A stretch of DNA of 57,721 nt, the filler included, from Sphacelaria rigidula (lineage: Eukaryota): the NCBI GenBank assembly GCA_964200075.2. It is 9 parts of 9 records of this genome, joined end to end, with 100 filler letters (N's around TTAATTAATTAA, not from the genome) between each part and the next. Parts side by side here need not be neighbours in the genome. Positions count along the whole stretch, not along the records: positions 38,550 to 44,873 come from CAXNAA020020781.1; positions 44,974 to 51,297 come from CAXNAA020020782.1; positions 51,398 to 57,721 come from CAXNAA020020783.1; 6 more parts are not named here. One strand, 5' to 3'. Both the position numbers and the translations under genes were made by a program. Under the pieces are notes generated by a model. The model made no database searches, was not told where the DNA came from, and saw only the letters and a list, made by a program, of their open reading frames with translations. Each line of letters starts with the position of its first letter. Position 1 is the stretch's first letter. This document shows, piece by piece, positions 44,246 through 56,349 of the stretch.

Positions 44246-44584
44246 GTCTGTATCGATGGTTTTATTATATGCACCCACCGAACAGTGGGCCGTGGGGGAG
44301 GGGGGGGGAAGTTGAGTCCAAATATTTTCCAGGTCCTTGGGGATCGAGTGTTTGCTTCGCTTGTTGCAAAACCGGGGCTGCATTTAATAGGCGTGGTGAT
44401 TTTTGCCTGCTTTAGAACAATAGATGCCGACGTTGTGCGTTGTGGAGGCACGCCCTGATCGTCCGACCGACTCAACTGCCGAAGAGGAGGGTTTCATTCC
44501 TCCACAGACCGAGCTCCGGCTACTGCACTAAGCCTTGCTCCGGTGACCAGGGCTCTACTGTTACTACAGAGAAGCAGCAATTAC

Positions 44585-44873
44585 CGCCGCGCCACAGTGG
44601 TCTGTTGGTACGTCTGTGAGCCCAAGGTCGAAAACATACCGGCTCGATTCGCGGCAGACATGTTTGGGTTTTCTTCTCAGTAGTCCCTGATTTCTGTCGT
44701 TGAGAACGCGATGACTTGAGTAGCAAAGATCGTTCGTTTGGCGGCAGTTGACGAAGTACGGGACTGCCGATCCAATCGACGACGCAAAAATGCAATGCGT
44801 GTATCAAGGGGAAGATGGGTTGATCCCTTGACAACATGGACTTGTTCCCACGATTAGGGCGGTGGGAGGGGGG
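44585..44873 (+). mobile_element. tRNA-derived SINE, family B tail; a further tail copy at 44990-45120 (-)
   Basis: Degenerate A/B boxes (TGGTCTGTTGG; GGCTCGATTCG); tail AAAATGCAATGCGTGTATCAAGGGGAAGATGGGTTGATCCCTTGA. Confidence 0.65.
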
Positions 44874-45916
44874 NNNNNNNNNNNNNNNNNNNNNNNNNNN
44901 NNNNNNNNNNNNNNNNNTTAATTAATTAANNNNNNNNNNNNNNNNNNNNNNNNNNNNNNNNNNNNNNNNNNNNCCCCCCCCCAACAATTATTATTTCATC
45001 TTATTTTTCTCCTGGCACAGTTTGAATCCCTCTCCTTCCTCGGGACGAGACGGGTCTGCGGTCTTGAGGGATCAACCTGTTCCCCCCGGTGCATGCCTTG
45101 ACATTTTGGTATCGCGGAATGGAGCATGATCATCAACACACCAGCACCACGTCAGATTTCGTCACATTTTATTTCGCTACTCACGCCCTCACGTTGTGCC
45201 ATCGACGGCACTCAGATTCTCAACATGCAAAAACTCTATGGTGGATGATGACTCACACGCATAGCTCCAACTTGCCCAACTTGTTTTCAAAATGTATAGT
45301 TCCAATAACGCCGATCGCCGGGGGCGCAGGCACAGCTTGTGTGTAACCCCTCTTCCCGCCCCCCCCCCCCCATCCCCCAGCATGGTGAGACACCCATGAG
45401 GCAGTGTGTAGGCCGTTGCTGTCTCTGGAGGTGGCGACGACAGAAAATTAAGTAACTCATTGGAGGCTGTCTTCCAAGTGCAAGATAATCATTAGGCTTC
45501 GGGCCGAACAGTCTTAGCAGGATGCAGCTCACCCTTCATGCGACTCGCCTAACACATCCCGACGCTTCGCGCTTGGTGATTGAATGCGCGCATGGTCCGG
45601 TGAAAACGTGCCATGTCTCAGCTTTGTAGGGATGCGAGGTCACTGGTCACATGACTACGACATGCAAGACAATGGGTACACCCCCGCCCCTCCCCCATCT
45701 CTATACTAGGAGATAGATGATGGGAACAGGAAGTGAATAAGATGTGTAAAAGGTTCGTGTGTAATTTATGCAAGAAACGTAATGAGCGCCCAAGTGTTGG
45801 AGGTGTCTCTCTTGGGAGTAGGAACGGTGCTCCGTTTCGAAAGTGACGCGTGGTCAGTGGTCAACCGACTGATGCGAGCAACTAATGAGTACCCCCCCCA
45901 CATCTCAATTGTGCAG

Positions 45917-46333
45917 GTTTTATAGGCTTCACAGTGGCCGACCTTCAGAAGATCCTCCCGCCCGTACTGCCCAATCTCCGTTCGCTCCACGTACACTGGA
46001 ATTCGGCGATCACCGATGCGTTCCTTACTTGGGTGGGCCAGTCTGCTCCTCGACTAAACGTGAGCAATCAGGGGGGATGGCAGAAGGTGTCCACCGTGTT
46101 TCGAGAGCGAAGTAGTGGTAGCTTACCTGGTCGTTGTTTCGTAGTCCTTTTATGTGTGTGCAGCAGTACAAATAATCGATGCGTTGTCGTTTGGGGATGG
46201 TGCTCGCAAACAGAGAGTGGCTGCTCAGCCAATGCGTTCGGGCTGCCGGCATTCAAGGCCGGCTTGCGGTATTGTTCTGAAATGAAGTATAATGCCCAAC
46301 GGATCGTTGTTGTTGTTGTCGTTGTCGTTGTCG

Positions 46334-46367
<34 letters not shown>

Positions 46368-49310
46368 CGCTGTGGTTGTTATTGATGTTGTCTTATTGAC
46401 CCTAATGGAAAGCGTTAAACACGCGCCCACAGCACCTTGACGCGCTGGGTGTGTGTGTTCGGCAGTGTTCTTGAATGGTATACCAGACACGCTGTCTTGT
46501 CATGATTATTCAATTAAGCATCATTAATTACGTGCTCTCTGCTATTCTAAGGCTGGTGCTGCTGTTTGTTGTTTTTTGTTATCGGTACTGTCGATGCTGC
46601 TGTTCCACACCCCCTCATGCTCCTTGCACGCACAACAACGCAGGACCTGGATGTGTGCGGCTGTTCGCCGGTGTCCGTGGACGGCTTGTCGGACATGCTG
46701 TACGCTAGGCAAGAGGCCGTGGAGAACGATGGAGAGGATAAGGTATGTGCACGCGCACGTGTGTTGAGGTCAGGCGTTTCGCACGACACACTAGCCAAAC
46801 TTTGTCAAGGACTCACCCTGAACAGCATATGGTCAACAGTTGCCGTAGGCAAAATGTACTGCGTAAAGTATAGGCATATTGAAACTATTGGCCATGAAAT
46901 GTCCAGTATGTGCAAGGACTACAATACACCCGTCATGCCAACTTGTACAAAAAATAGAATTTCTCTGGTGCGCGCCGGTAGGATTTGATGGTAAATGAAT
47001 GAAGACATGATATATGACATCGGCAGGTGTGCGTATCCGATATTATTCCTAAACAATCAGAATATTTTCGATGTCGCCGACATATCACGAAAAATATCGG
47101 TGGTTGCGAAACCAGGCGCTAGGCGAGGGCGCGCGCCCGATCGTATGTTCACAGCCGGCAACGGTAAACTGGGGATATCGCTAAGATACGAGCACAGTAT
47201 CGGTAGCGATATGCAATCATTACCGCAACCGCTTGTCGTCATTAGCACAGAACTCGAAAAATAGTATTTCAACCCGTAGGCAGCGAGAGTGGGTCATATG
47301 TTGAACAGGTATCAATTTCACCTTTTGAAAAGAAATGCATGATCCAGACGGACTACCCTCGCAGTGTAAGGGTTGAGTGTGTATTGGATAGCGTACTCAT
47401 CCAGGGAAGGTGCCACGTTAATCCTTTGACCGCGAGGGTAGGTCACCTGCTGAATCTGCATCGGTACTCACTTGAAAAAAGTGTACATGATCCAGTTGGA
47501 CTACCCGCATCGCCGTTTAAGGGCCAATCGGTGTTGAAGATGGGACGGGCAACACTGTTTGGTTTCTTTTCATGACTTTGTCAGTCAAAACGCGGGCTGT
47601 ATTTTAAAGTTCGCAATCGAAGATGTGTTGATCTGATGCTGCATGAGCCACATGCTCTCGCAAGGCTTTTTCCCAAACATACTTTCCGAGTCCACGTATC
47701 GTCTCAAGCACACTATATCATGTTCCTTGCGCCATTCAACATCATGGAAGACGTGTTCATAAGACAACTACTCGTTTCCTACTTCCGTGGTCGAAATCGT
47801 TCGGGTACGGATCTGGGATAGCAAGTGGTACTCAGAGCACGTCCCTTCATCGCCGAATGTTCTTCTGCTCATGATTCTCTTTACCGTGTAGTGTACAGTG
47901 ACTGGCGCACTTGAGGAGGCCGATCCGACCTGACATGGTCATATTAGAGAGTTTTCGGAAAACTCTTTTTTGTCATTTCAGAGTGCAAATATCTCAGCAT
48001 CAGAGCGTAACAAGAAATTATATCCCCCTCCGTTAATTGTGGTAGCCCCTCAACTTTTTTCCGATGAGGTGCTTTGTTTTTATTCCTGCACTCCGATCCT
48101 GAGATATTTGTACTCTGAAATGACAAAATTGCGTTTTCCGAAACTCTCCATTTCAAGACTTTATTTTTTACTTTTCATTTTATTTATTCATTTATTATTG
48201 TATTTGTCGCACTTTGAACCCCTCCCCTTCCTCGGGATGAGTTCGTGGTCTAATGGTCTCAAGGGATCATCCCATCTCTCCCCCGATACACGCCTTGCAT
48301 TTGGTCTCGGGGATTGGGCACTTCCGCACCGCGTGGACTAACGTCAAACAAACTCAGTCGATTACTTCGTTTACTCACGTTCTCACGCTTTCCATGGTGG
48401 AAATCAGACATTGCGAAGAAAAAACCCAACGCATCGGGAATCGAACCCTCATTCTCTCCACCCTAATGGCGACAGTCGGACCATTACACCGCCAGGGCGC
48501 GGCGAGACTGGTGCGCCAATATACATGGAAACGGTGTGTTTGGTGAACACGAGCGTCGGCAGGGGTCTGTCGGGGTTTCCTTCCGGAATCGGTACTAGTT
48601 TTTATTTTAGGCTGGCGTACATGGCGGTTTACTCTGTTTTCTCCTCATTAACTATTCGTTTTTGCTTCTGTTCCCGACCTTCGTTCAGCGAGTGTTTCTG
48701 CCGTGTTTTCCTGAGGGTAAGTCTGTCTGATGACCACGGCTGGATTCGTATCGTGTCGGTTAATGTGTGGTGGTTCATCGACCAATATTGTATCCCCTTA
48801 CCTCTCGCTCTACGTCGTTGAAATGCACACTGTTTTAATCATGGCGCCAAGCGTGTCAATGAGATATGTTCCGTCTTATGATGATGATTGCGTCTCGGTA
48901 CCGATATGCTTGATATTTCGAATCGAAACAAGATATTTTATCAGTCATTGGCGGCGAAATAGCTAGTGTGCTGTGAACAACTACACAAGTATCAATGTAT
49001 ATTGACTTCAGTATAACCGGACCTGCGCCTGCGCCTGTGACGCAAGCACCGATTTTTGACGATATGTCGGACGAGCAAGCCGATCTTATATCTTAATATT
49101 GTCGACTCCTACTGATGCACAAACCTACCATTTATGGATGATGACTCTTCGTTGCCTCATTCCGCGTCTCCTCGCGTGCGCTTCCGGCCCATGGCCCGTG
49201 TTGAGCAGTGGAACCCATTTGAAATCATCAACGTCAGATATACCTCGCTCAGCAAGCAGGACGTTGAAGCATTACGAACGACCTTTGAGGATATCAAGAT
49301 CGCTTCATAG
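45917..49310 (+). CDS. Cys-containing LRR (FBXL/AMN1-type) protein, 3' part; exons 45917-46059, 46644-46742, 49209-49310 (stop)
   Basis: 'FTVADLQKILPPVLPNLRSLHVHWNSAITDAFLTWVGQSAPRLN|DLDVCGCSPVSVDGL..EDK|WNPFEIINVRYTSLSKQDVEALRTTFEDIKIAS*'; LxxLxLxxCxxITD pattern; phases consistent. The last exon is less certain. Confidence 0.75.
46306..46390. repeat. (GTT)n/(GTC)n microsatellite
   Basis: Read directly; intronic. Confidence 0.95.
47947..48148. mobile_element. ~200-bp MITE with ~65-bp TIRs beginning GAGAGTTT(T)CGGAAAAC
   Basis: TTTGTCATTTCAGAGTGCAAATATCTCAG mirrored by CTGAGATATTTGTACTCTGAAATGACAAA; same terminal motif as the 1-kb element. Confidence 0.85.
48160..48498 (-). mobile_element. 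tRNA-derived SINE (family B), full length
   Basis: Head GCCCTGGCGGTGTAATGG ... GGGTTCGATTCCC; shared tail; A-rich end. Confidence 0.85.
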
Positions 49311-50121
49311 TTACGCTGAAGGCGTGCGGGGGCTGGTAATTCTCCAGCGGGCTACGTCACTGGCGGGGTATTCATGTAGCGGGTTATTTTCGTTGTGGAA
49401 GCATCGAGCTTGATATTGGTCCGTATCCGATGTTTGCATGGCGTTTTCTTTTTTTTTGGCGTTTTGGCTCGAGAATGTGGAGCAGATGTTTGCACTACAT
49501 AGAGGAAAACGCCCTTAATTCGTGTTGTCTGGACAGAGGGTCAAAAGCGATGCAGCGATATATCTTGTTGTTCGTGAAACTGACCGCTATTTGTTTATAA
49601 ACGATGAATGTTGTAGAGTATACTGAAAAAGCGGTTCGGAAAATGAATGCCGTTTTTGGAGTTGATGTATTTTGTTGGTGCAGTGTGGAGTGATGGGGGT
49701 GAATGTGCTTTTTCTTGCCCTCAAATGGTAGTCATCCCTTTAAAAGTCAGCATTAGATTTGGCTCCCATAGAACATACTGCTCCGTGCAGTGAGGGTGGA
49801 CTGTATTTTGTGTCCTGTCTGTTGTTCGTTGTAGTGGCGGTGGCAATAATCCTAGGACGTTTCGACCGCGATAAGTTTTTGCTCAAAGCACTTGAGTTCT
49901 CCTGTGATACTGAATTTGACACATTGGAGGCCTTTGTGCAGAATGATGTACATCCCCCGTTTGTTTACCTTTGATAACACCGATAGAGACGATCGAATGA
50001 TAATGGACTGCTCGCCCCATGGGCGTATTGCATTTTTTTCTCCATTCGTGTGCGCAAGGGGGCTCGTACCCACAATCCTCATGGGCCACAACACCCCGTA
50101 TCGCCGGAAAAACACCGCGGC

Positions 50122-50745
50122 GAGGGAGGGGATGTAATTATGATTATTCTGCATGCTGTAGTGATGAGACCACTATCCACTGTCCTCGCATCCCTACAAA
50201 GCCGGGGTGGAGCACACCGGGTTTCGCCGGGCCAGGCTCGCAATCGCCAAGTGCGAAGCGCCGTGCTGTGTCCGGCGAGCAGCGTGAAGAGTGAGTTGCA
50301 TCCCTCTGAGATTGTTCGGCCCGAAAGGAACTAATTATTTCGCGCATGGATGATGGCCCCCAATGAGTTGCTTCATTTTCAGAGATCGGCACTTCCAGAT
50401 ACAACCACGGGGTACACTGCCTCATGTGTGTCTCACCATTTGAACGCTACGTAGTACGATTATCCCCTTTACGCGGAGTTGAGGGTCTCCACCCCGCACA
50501 GCATGATCTAACTCGACCGCAATCATGATTACCGCAAAAAACTCAAGCGAAAGAAAACCTGGTAACCTCGTTGCCTAGCTAACGCAGTGAGTGGCTTGTT
50601 CTACAGCGTTATTGCCAACCGGAGCGAACCCTCAAAAGGGACGGGGGGGGAGGTACTCATGATTCTGTATGGCGTAGTCATGAGACTTTTGTACTCGCAT
50701 CCCTGCAAAGCCGAGACTGAGCACACCGGGTTTTCGCCGGACCAG
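50122..50745 (-). mobile_element. Repeat family A, full body with a second tail joined head-to-tail; another body+tail composite at 51036-51297
   Basis: The ~100-bp tail occurs at 50130-50240 and again at 50645-50745, each preceded on + by a G-rich run. Confidence 0.85.
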
Positions 50746-52068
50746 TCTGTTCATCTCCCAGGACGAAGGCGCCCTGGAGCCATGCTACAAAAGGGAGGGG
50801 GGTATTTTGGCCCGTTTCTTCCACATAATTCCATTTCAAACTGTCGTTAAAAGCAGCAGCGGTTGCGCGAACGCGCTTGTTAGCGATAAATAACGCCCGT
50901 TCATACCTGTTTGACACGGTTTAAACCCAAAAACAAGCGCGCCGCGAGTGTGCTAGGTCGTCTGATACGCCTGCGCTCTTTTTTTCGAGGAATCACCCCC
51001 CTACCCACCCCCGCCTATCGTAGCATGACTCTATCTTGTGTCCGGCGAGTTGCATGAAGAGTGAGCTGCATCCAACCAATATCGTTTGGCCCGAGGCGCA
51101 CTCATTACCTTGCGTATGGATGGCAGCCTCGAAAGAGTTGCTTCATTTTTTTTGCATCGCCACTCCCAGAGACAGCCACAGGTACGCCCGCCTCATGGGG
51201 GCCTCACCAATCAAGCACTACGTTGTGGGGGGGTGTACTCATGATCATGCATGCTGTAGTCATATGACCATCGACCTCGCATCCCTACGAAGCCGGGNNN
51301 NNNNNNNNNNNNNNNNNNNNNNNNNNNNNNNNNNNNNNNNNTTAATTAATTAANNNNNNNNNNNNNNNNNNNNNNNNNNNNNNNNNNNNNNNNNNNNCCT
51401 TATTGGGGTCGAATGAATATCCCCCCCCCCCTTTTTCACCGGTTGTTGGGAGTCCGATGAATTTATGGGATCCCTAATAACCTGTGGAAAAAATCCAAAA
51501 GCATTAATCTTCGACAGTCTCGTGGCGACCCATAGCATATGCTCCCAGTCTCAAAGTCTAACCCCGAAAATCGACGGGATTTTTCGCGGATGAATGAGTT
51601 TTGGGTCATGAGCGCGAGCAGTCCTGTGTGTTAAGTTTGGCTGCTGAACGCAGATATGGTTGGGAGGCAATAAAAAAATCTAGAATGTTTCCCCACGCCG
51701 AAAGGCTACCGACGCACCATTGAGTTGAACCTTTGTATCGTTTCGGGGGCATTATCGCGATGCCAGTACAGGACAGATAGGCGAGGTGATCTCCCGTGAA
51801 GTTCAGCAATTGGTACCGATGGTGTATACAGCACAGCCTTGTACGGCACAGTACAGCGTAATACAGTGAATGAGGGCACTATACCGTGTCGGCGTCCCGT
51901 TCTGACTGCACTACTGTGAAGAGGCTTCTTAAGGGGCCGAAATATTGCTCCGCTAAGTTATTGCGCGTTTGCCATCACATTTGACTCCGTGAAAATAGTC
52001 TCCTGCGTCCTTGGAAATCGATTTCCCTACCTAACCCTGAACTGGGCATGTGCTCCCATTCACTGCAG

Positions 52069-52200
52069 GAAGCAATCTCGAGATTTAGGTCTCCTTCTCG
52101 CATCAGGGAGTATTCCTACCTGGATTGCTACGCTGACTCCACCGGAGACCGCACGTTGACAGGAGCTTCGTTCAAGAATCAAGCTGGTTTGACCATCGAC
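52069..52200 (+). CDS. Exon encoding the first half of a WSC domain
   Basis: ctgcag| ... GAC|gtaagt, phase 0-0, 'EAISRFRSPSRIREYSYLDCYADSTGDRTLTGASFKNQAGLTID' matches WSC 'Y.GCY.D....R.L........MT.E'. Confidence 0.8.
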
Positions 52201-52264
52201 GTAAGTGAAACGATGTTTACCCCGTGTTACCGTTGACATGAAGATCGGGTTCCGGTGCACCGTT

Positions 52265-52596
52265 CATGATGAGCTGCAGGTTCATATAGCAGATGTGGAT
52301 ATGAGGTTCACATGATACTAGGTCATGGGATGTTCTCTGGAGTATGAGTATGACTGCTTGACATATAATATGTGTTCACGGGGGTGCTAGGTCCCTTCCA
52401 ATAACGAAGATTGCGTGTTTGTGAAACAACATCTATCTTGAAGTCTCCAAGCCCTAGTGAGGGAGGAATCCCTTGGAGCAGTCTTGTGACCTTGCTTTGA
52501 GTCTAGGAGAGAACTATAAACCAAAACCATCGTGAGAGTGATGCCGAATAGTCCCCCCCAAACTCGCCGGAACAGTCACGAAGAAATGACCATACA
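52265..52596 (+). mobile_element. Solo-LTR-like repeat, copy 1; copies 2 (54669-55059) and 3 (55840-56200) on the minus strand
   Basis: About 250-bp shared core GATATGAGG..TTCTCTGGAGTATGA.TATGACTGCTTGA..CCCTAGTGAGGGAG..GCAGTC.TGTGACCTT followed by a TATA-like motif; copies 2 and 3 have TG...CA ends; no clear TSD. Confidence 0.65.
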
Positions 52597-52619
52597 GCGT
52601 ATCGAGGTGACGGGTGATG

Positions 52620-54660
52620 TCAGAAACCACTTTTTGGAGAAACGTTCCCAGTTTTATTCCGAAGAACGCAGATACAGCTGTTTTTAGAAACCAGGTTGGA
52701 ACACCTCATATGTACATTTTGCCTTGGTCTCCACTACATCTTTCTACGGGACGCCACCACGGTTTTACTTGTGTTCATGCAAATAATAGTACGGCGGTTG
52801 GCAGTTACCAAATAGAATATCTCACATGAACACACAACCGCATGCTTTATTGAAACTTATCGCCTCTCTCACTATTGAGGGCACGTGCCCTAGATCTGGA
52901 TCATTTGAATATATTCTAGGGGCAAATAGTCGAACGGAACATGCGCAATACCGAAGCATAGAAAGACAGAAGCTGTCTATCCACACACGACAAACGTCAC
53001 TTCTTCCCTCGTCAATTATGGAATATAGTACGCCGCACCTAACACACGAAGAGTGTGCTACGATTCCCGTCACCTAAGGCTGCGCAGAGTTGTTCACATT
53101 ACTGACCACTGATGTATATCGCAGTTGTGCAAACATTGACTGATAAAAATATGGCATCGTGCTTGTTGATGCCTACATAGCTGCAGTCTCCAAAATAATA
53201 CACCTATTCATCGCGCCACACATGCTGCGCACATAGAGAACAGCCAATCATCAAAATTGAGCATGGAGCTTCACACTGAAGATGAGAATCCAGATAATTA
53301 CAATCTTCGTGTCCACACAAAATCTGGGAAATATGGTTATATTCCTTGACTTTGCGGTAGCTATTGACACCTCCTACACTCCATACATGTTTGGATTTCG
53401 ATACCTGAAATGTTGGAATCCAAGGTAAAAAACTCAAATCATTTCTCCAGGCGGAACCATATCCCCTTGCCCCCCTCACACGCGACAGGATCTTGGTGGA
53501 AAGATCTTTGCTCGCGCGTGTGTATATGACAAGTGGATAGCGGTGATAGGAACATCGCCATGTTTTTCGAGGCCCGTTCTGAAGAGCACAGCAACACGTC
53601 ATGTCCAAGAAAAAAGAAGGAAAGGAATCGATATTTGCATTGGTCAGCGCCACAGATACGAATTCATCAGTCAAGATGCGGCAACCCTGGGTACCCCGAT
53701 TTGTTTGGGGGGCTGCACAACAAACCGCTTGCCGTTCTTGTGCCGACTAAAGGGCTGGCAAACAGGGCATGTAGTGGTAACATGATGCCAATCTCTCCAG
53801 CAATTGGAAATCGCCGAACGAAGACACACAAAGCGAACGGGCGATCAGCTTCCTCTTCGTCATTGCCCCTCCGGTGGCATCGTCATCGACACATGTGCAC
53901 ACCACATTGATTGGATTCACCTAGCCAGACCTGCATAGCTTTCGAGAGAAACGGAAAATCTCAAATTGCTTGCGATTGTGAACCTATTTGGGCAAAAATG
54001 CGGAGGTTTGAGAGGGGTCTCAAGGCCCATCTCACTGTTGAACCCCATTCTCCCCGGGGGCTCTTGCTACTTTCGCCGTAGGCGAAAAAAGAAAGATCGG
54101 GTACATCATTTTTCGTCTCCGGCGAGAGATTGTGTGTGGGTCCTTGGGCTGAACAAGCTTGAAAAGCATTAATTTTATAGTGATTCCTAGTAAACATGGG
54201 ATCAATACCCTCCCAAAATGGCCTCTGACGGTCCTTCGGGGGCGCCTTATGGCGGGGGGCCATTGCTGCAACAACGACCTGCAGCCTATCTGAAACGCTG
54301 GTTCGTGAACTGGTTTCGTGTAACACCTGCGGCAATCACATTGTCGCCGTTTTTGGTAGAGTACTGGTAATATCGTGTTTTCACTGCACAACACTTTCAC
54401 CAACGAAAACATGGTTGGGGAGAGTGAGCGTTGAAGTCGAGAGCGGTTTCTTCAGAGCAAGCTTCGGCAACAAACGTTTTGATATCACCCATGGAATCGG
54501 TTGGGTTTTCCGAATTCCTGATGGAGTAATGTTTGTAGGGGTTCACTTTTCAGTCCAAAAAATGCTGTCTGAGGCTGGACACCAAGGCCCAGATATTGGT
54601 CATCAAGAGCCTCCTACAGCAAAGAGCCTCAGAGAAAGAAATTGCAATCCTACCGGGATT
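52620..54660 (+). mobile_element. Degenerate Ty3/Gypsy pol (RT C-terminus, RNase H, integrase)
   Basis: Collinear broken motifs: 'IEYL', 'VDAYIAAV' (DAS..GAV), 'LKCW', 'NHIPL' (DH.PL), 'PRGLL', 'DS..TWDQYPPKMA' (DS...VDR.SKMA), 'PAAI', 'RRFW..', 'FHQ..HG.ESER.SR' (FHPQTDGQSER.NR), 'FDITHG'. Confidence 0.7.
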
Positions 54661-56349
54661 CCGCTCAATGATACAACTCAACATGATGGTCAGATAACTC
54701 ATCACACGCGCTCACCGTGGGTTTCATACCCCGTGAGCTCTACAGTTGTTACTTTAAGAGCGACATAGATATATATCCTTCCTTGACTCAGAACAAGGTC
54801 ACAGGACTGCTCCAAGGGCTTCCTCCCTCACTAGGACTTGGGGGACTTCGAGACAGATGTTGTTCACAAACACGCAGCCTTCGTTATCGGAAGTAACCTT
54901 TGCACCCCCATGCACACATCTCACACGTCAAGCAGTCATATTCATACTCCAGAGAATATCCCATGACCTAATCTCATGTAACCCTCATATCCTTATCTGC
55001 TGTACCAGCAGATAGCTCATAATTCACCTGCACATGTACTTGAGGTGGACTACACCACAGCACCCCTGAAACTACGCTTAGAGTTAGGGTAAGGGTTAGC
55101 CTAACCCTAAGTAGCGAGCCCAGGGTCCGTTTTCCACCCCCTCTTCATGTGTAACATGTTTGAACTTTTATTTAAATCCGGGAGGGCGGGGATAGGGCGG
55201 GGGGAGGGGTGGGGGGGGGTCATTCCCGCGAACAGTTCCGACGCAATAATTTCAGCGGGTCCTGCTTCAAACATCTGACCCTCGCAGAAAACGCGCTTAA
55301 CGCTCGCATATTCGACGAAGTATCCCTCGAGGGCACCCCACTGTCCTTAAATTCTACCCGTGGCGATCGGGTTGTGGCGGGCGGCCAACGCCTTTCGAGC
55401 GTCAGCTGCAGCAACCGAAGCATAAATCTCTGTATTTTCCCAGCATTTTGCTTGTCTGTTCAGCGCCTCCTTGAGATGATCGTCGTCGAGAACCGATCCG
55501 TCAAAACTTGTCTGTGAGACACACGCGAATTTGCTTGGACACGAGTCCTGTTGCTGTTAACAAGGTGGTCTTCACTTTACCCTCCTTGTTTCTTTGTGTA
55601 CGGCTTTGTCGCACTCCACATATTTTCACTGAAATATCGTCCGTACTCTGGTGGTTTTAGTGAATAACCGACCACCACCTCACTTGATTGGAACTTCACC
55701 TCATCGGCTGTATCTCTCTTAACACCTCTCCTGCGCGCTGGCGTTCTTCCTTGTGTAGCTTCACGCCGTGCTACCAGCCAACGTAGTCGTCCCTCTGTCG
55801 TTCAGTGATCGTCCTCGCGTTGCTTACTGCACACCTCTATGTAGAAAATGGGCACAAACTCGACGTTACTGAAGCGTTTCCCCCAGAAATCAGCGGGTTC
55901 CCTGAAAAAGGATGTCTTATAGGCCCTCTTGGGCTCGGAATAAGGTCACAGGACTGCTTCAATGCTTGCTCCCTCACTAGGGCTTTGAAGACTTCAAGAC
56001 AGGTTTTGTTCACAAATGCAGTCTTCGTTGTCCTGAGGACATTTGCACCTCCGTGCACACGTCGTATTTCAAGCAGTCATATTCATACTCCAGAGAATAT
56101 CCCATAACCTAATCTCATTTAAACCTCATATCCATATCTGATGTACCAGCAGACAGCTTATCGTGCACCTGCACGTATACTGGAGGTGGAGTACTCCACA
56201 TATATTCAATTTTGCGGACAAACGGCCGTAGCTTTGAATGCCTGAAACGCTGGTTCCCGGACTGAATTAAGTAAGGTATCCTGTAATGGCTGCCGCCTGG
56301 GCTATAGCGTGCAATCGCATGTTTGTAATGACGAACGCATAAACATACT

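Noticed and set aside
50122..50745. TRIM interpretation of family A (100-bp direct terminal repeats)
   Set aside because: No TGG primer-binding site, a G-run precedes nearly every repeat copy including solo ones, and the repeat matches a LINE 3' end.
53204..54335. Minus-strand ORFs superficially resembling Fanzor/TnpB ('EGIDPM', 'GYGSAW', 'KEYNHISQILC..C', 'CSLC...WRDE')
   Set aside because: The RuvC-I to II spacing is too long, there is no NAA.NI after RD, and the + strand of the same bases carries a collinear, well-spaced Gypsy RH/integrase motif series. An HMM search (Fanzor/TnpB versus rve/RT_RNaseH) would settle it.
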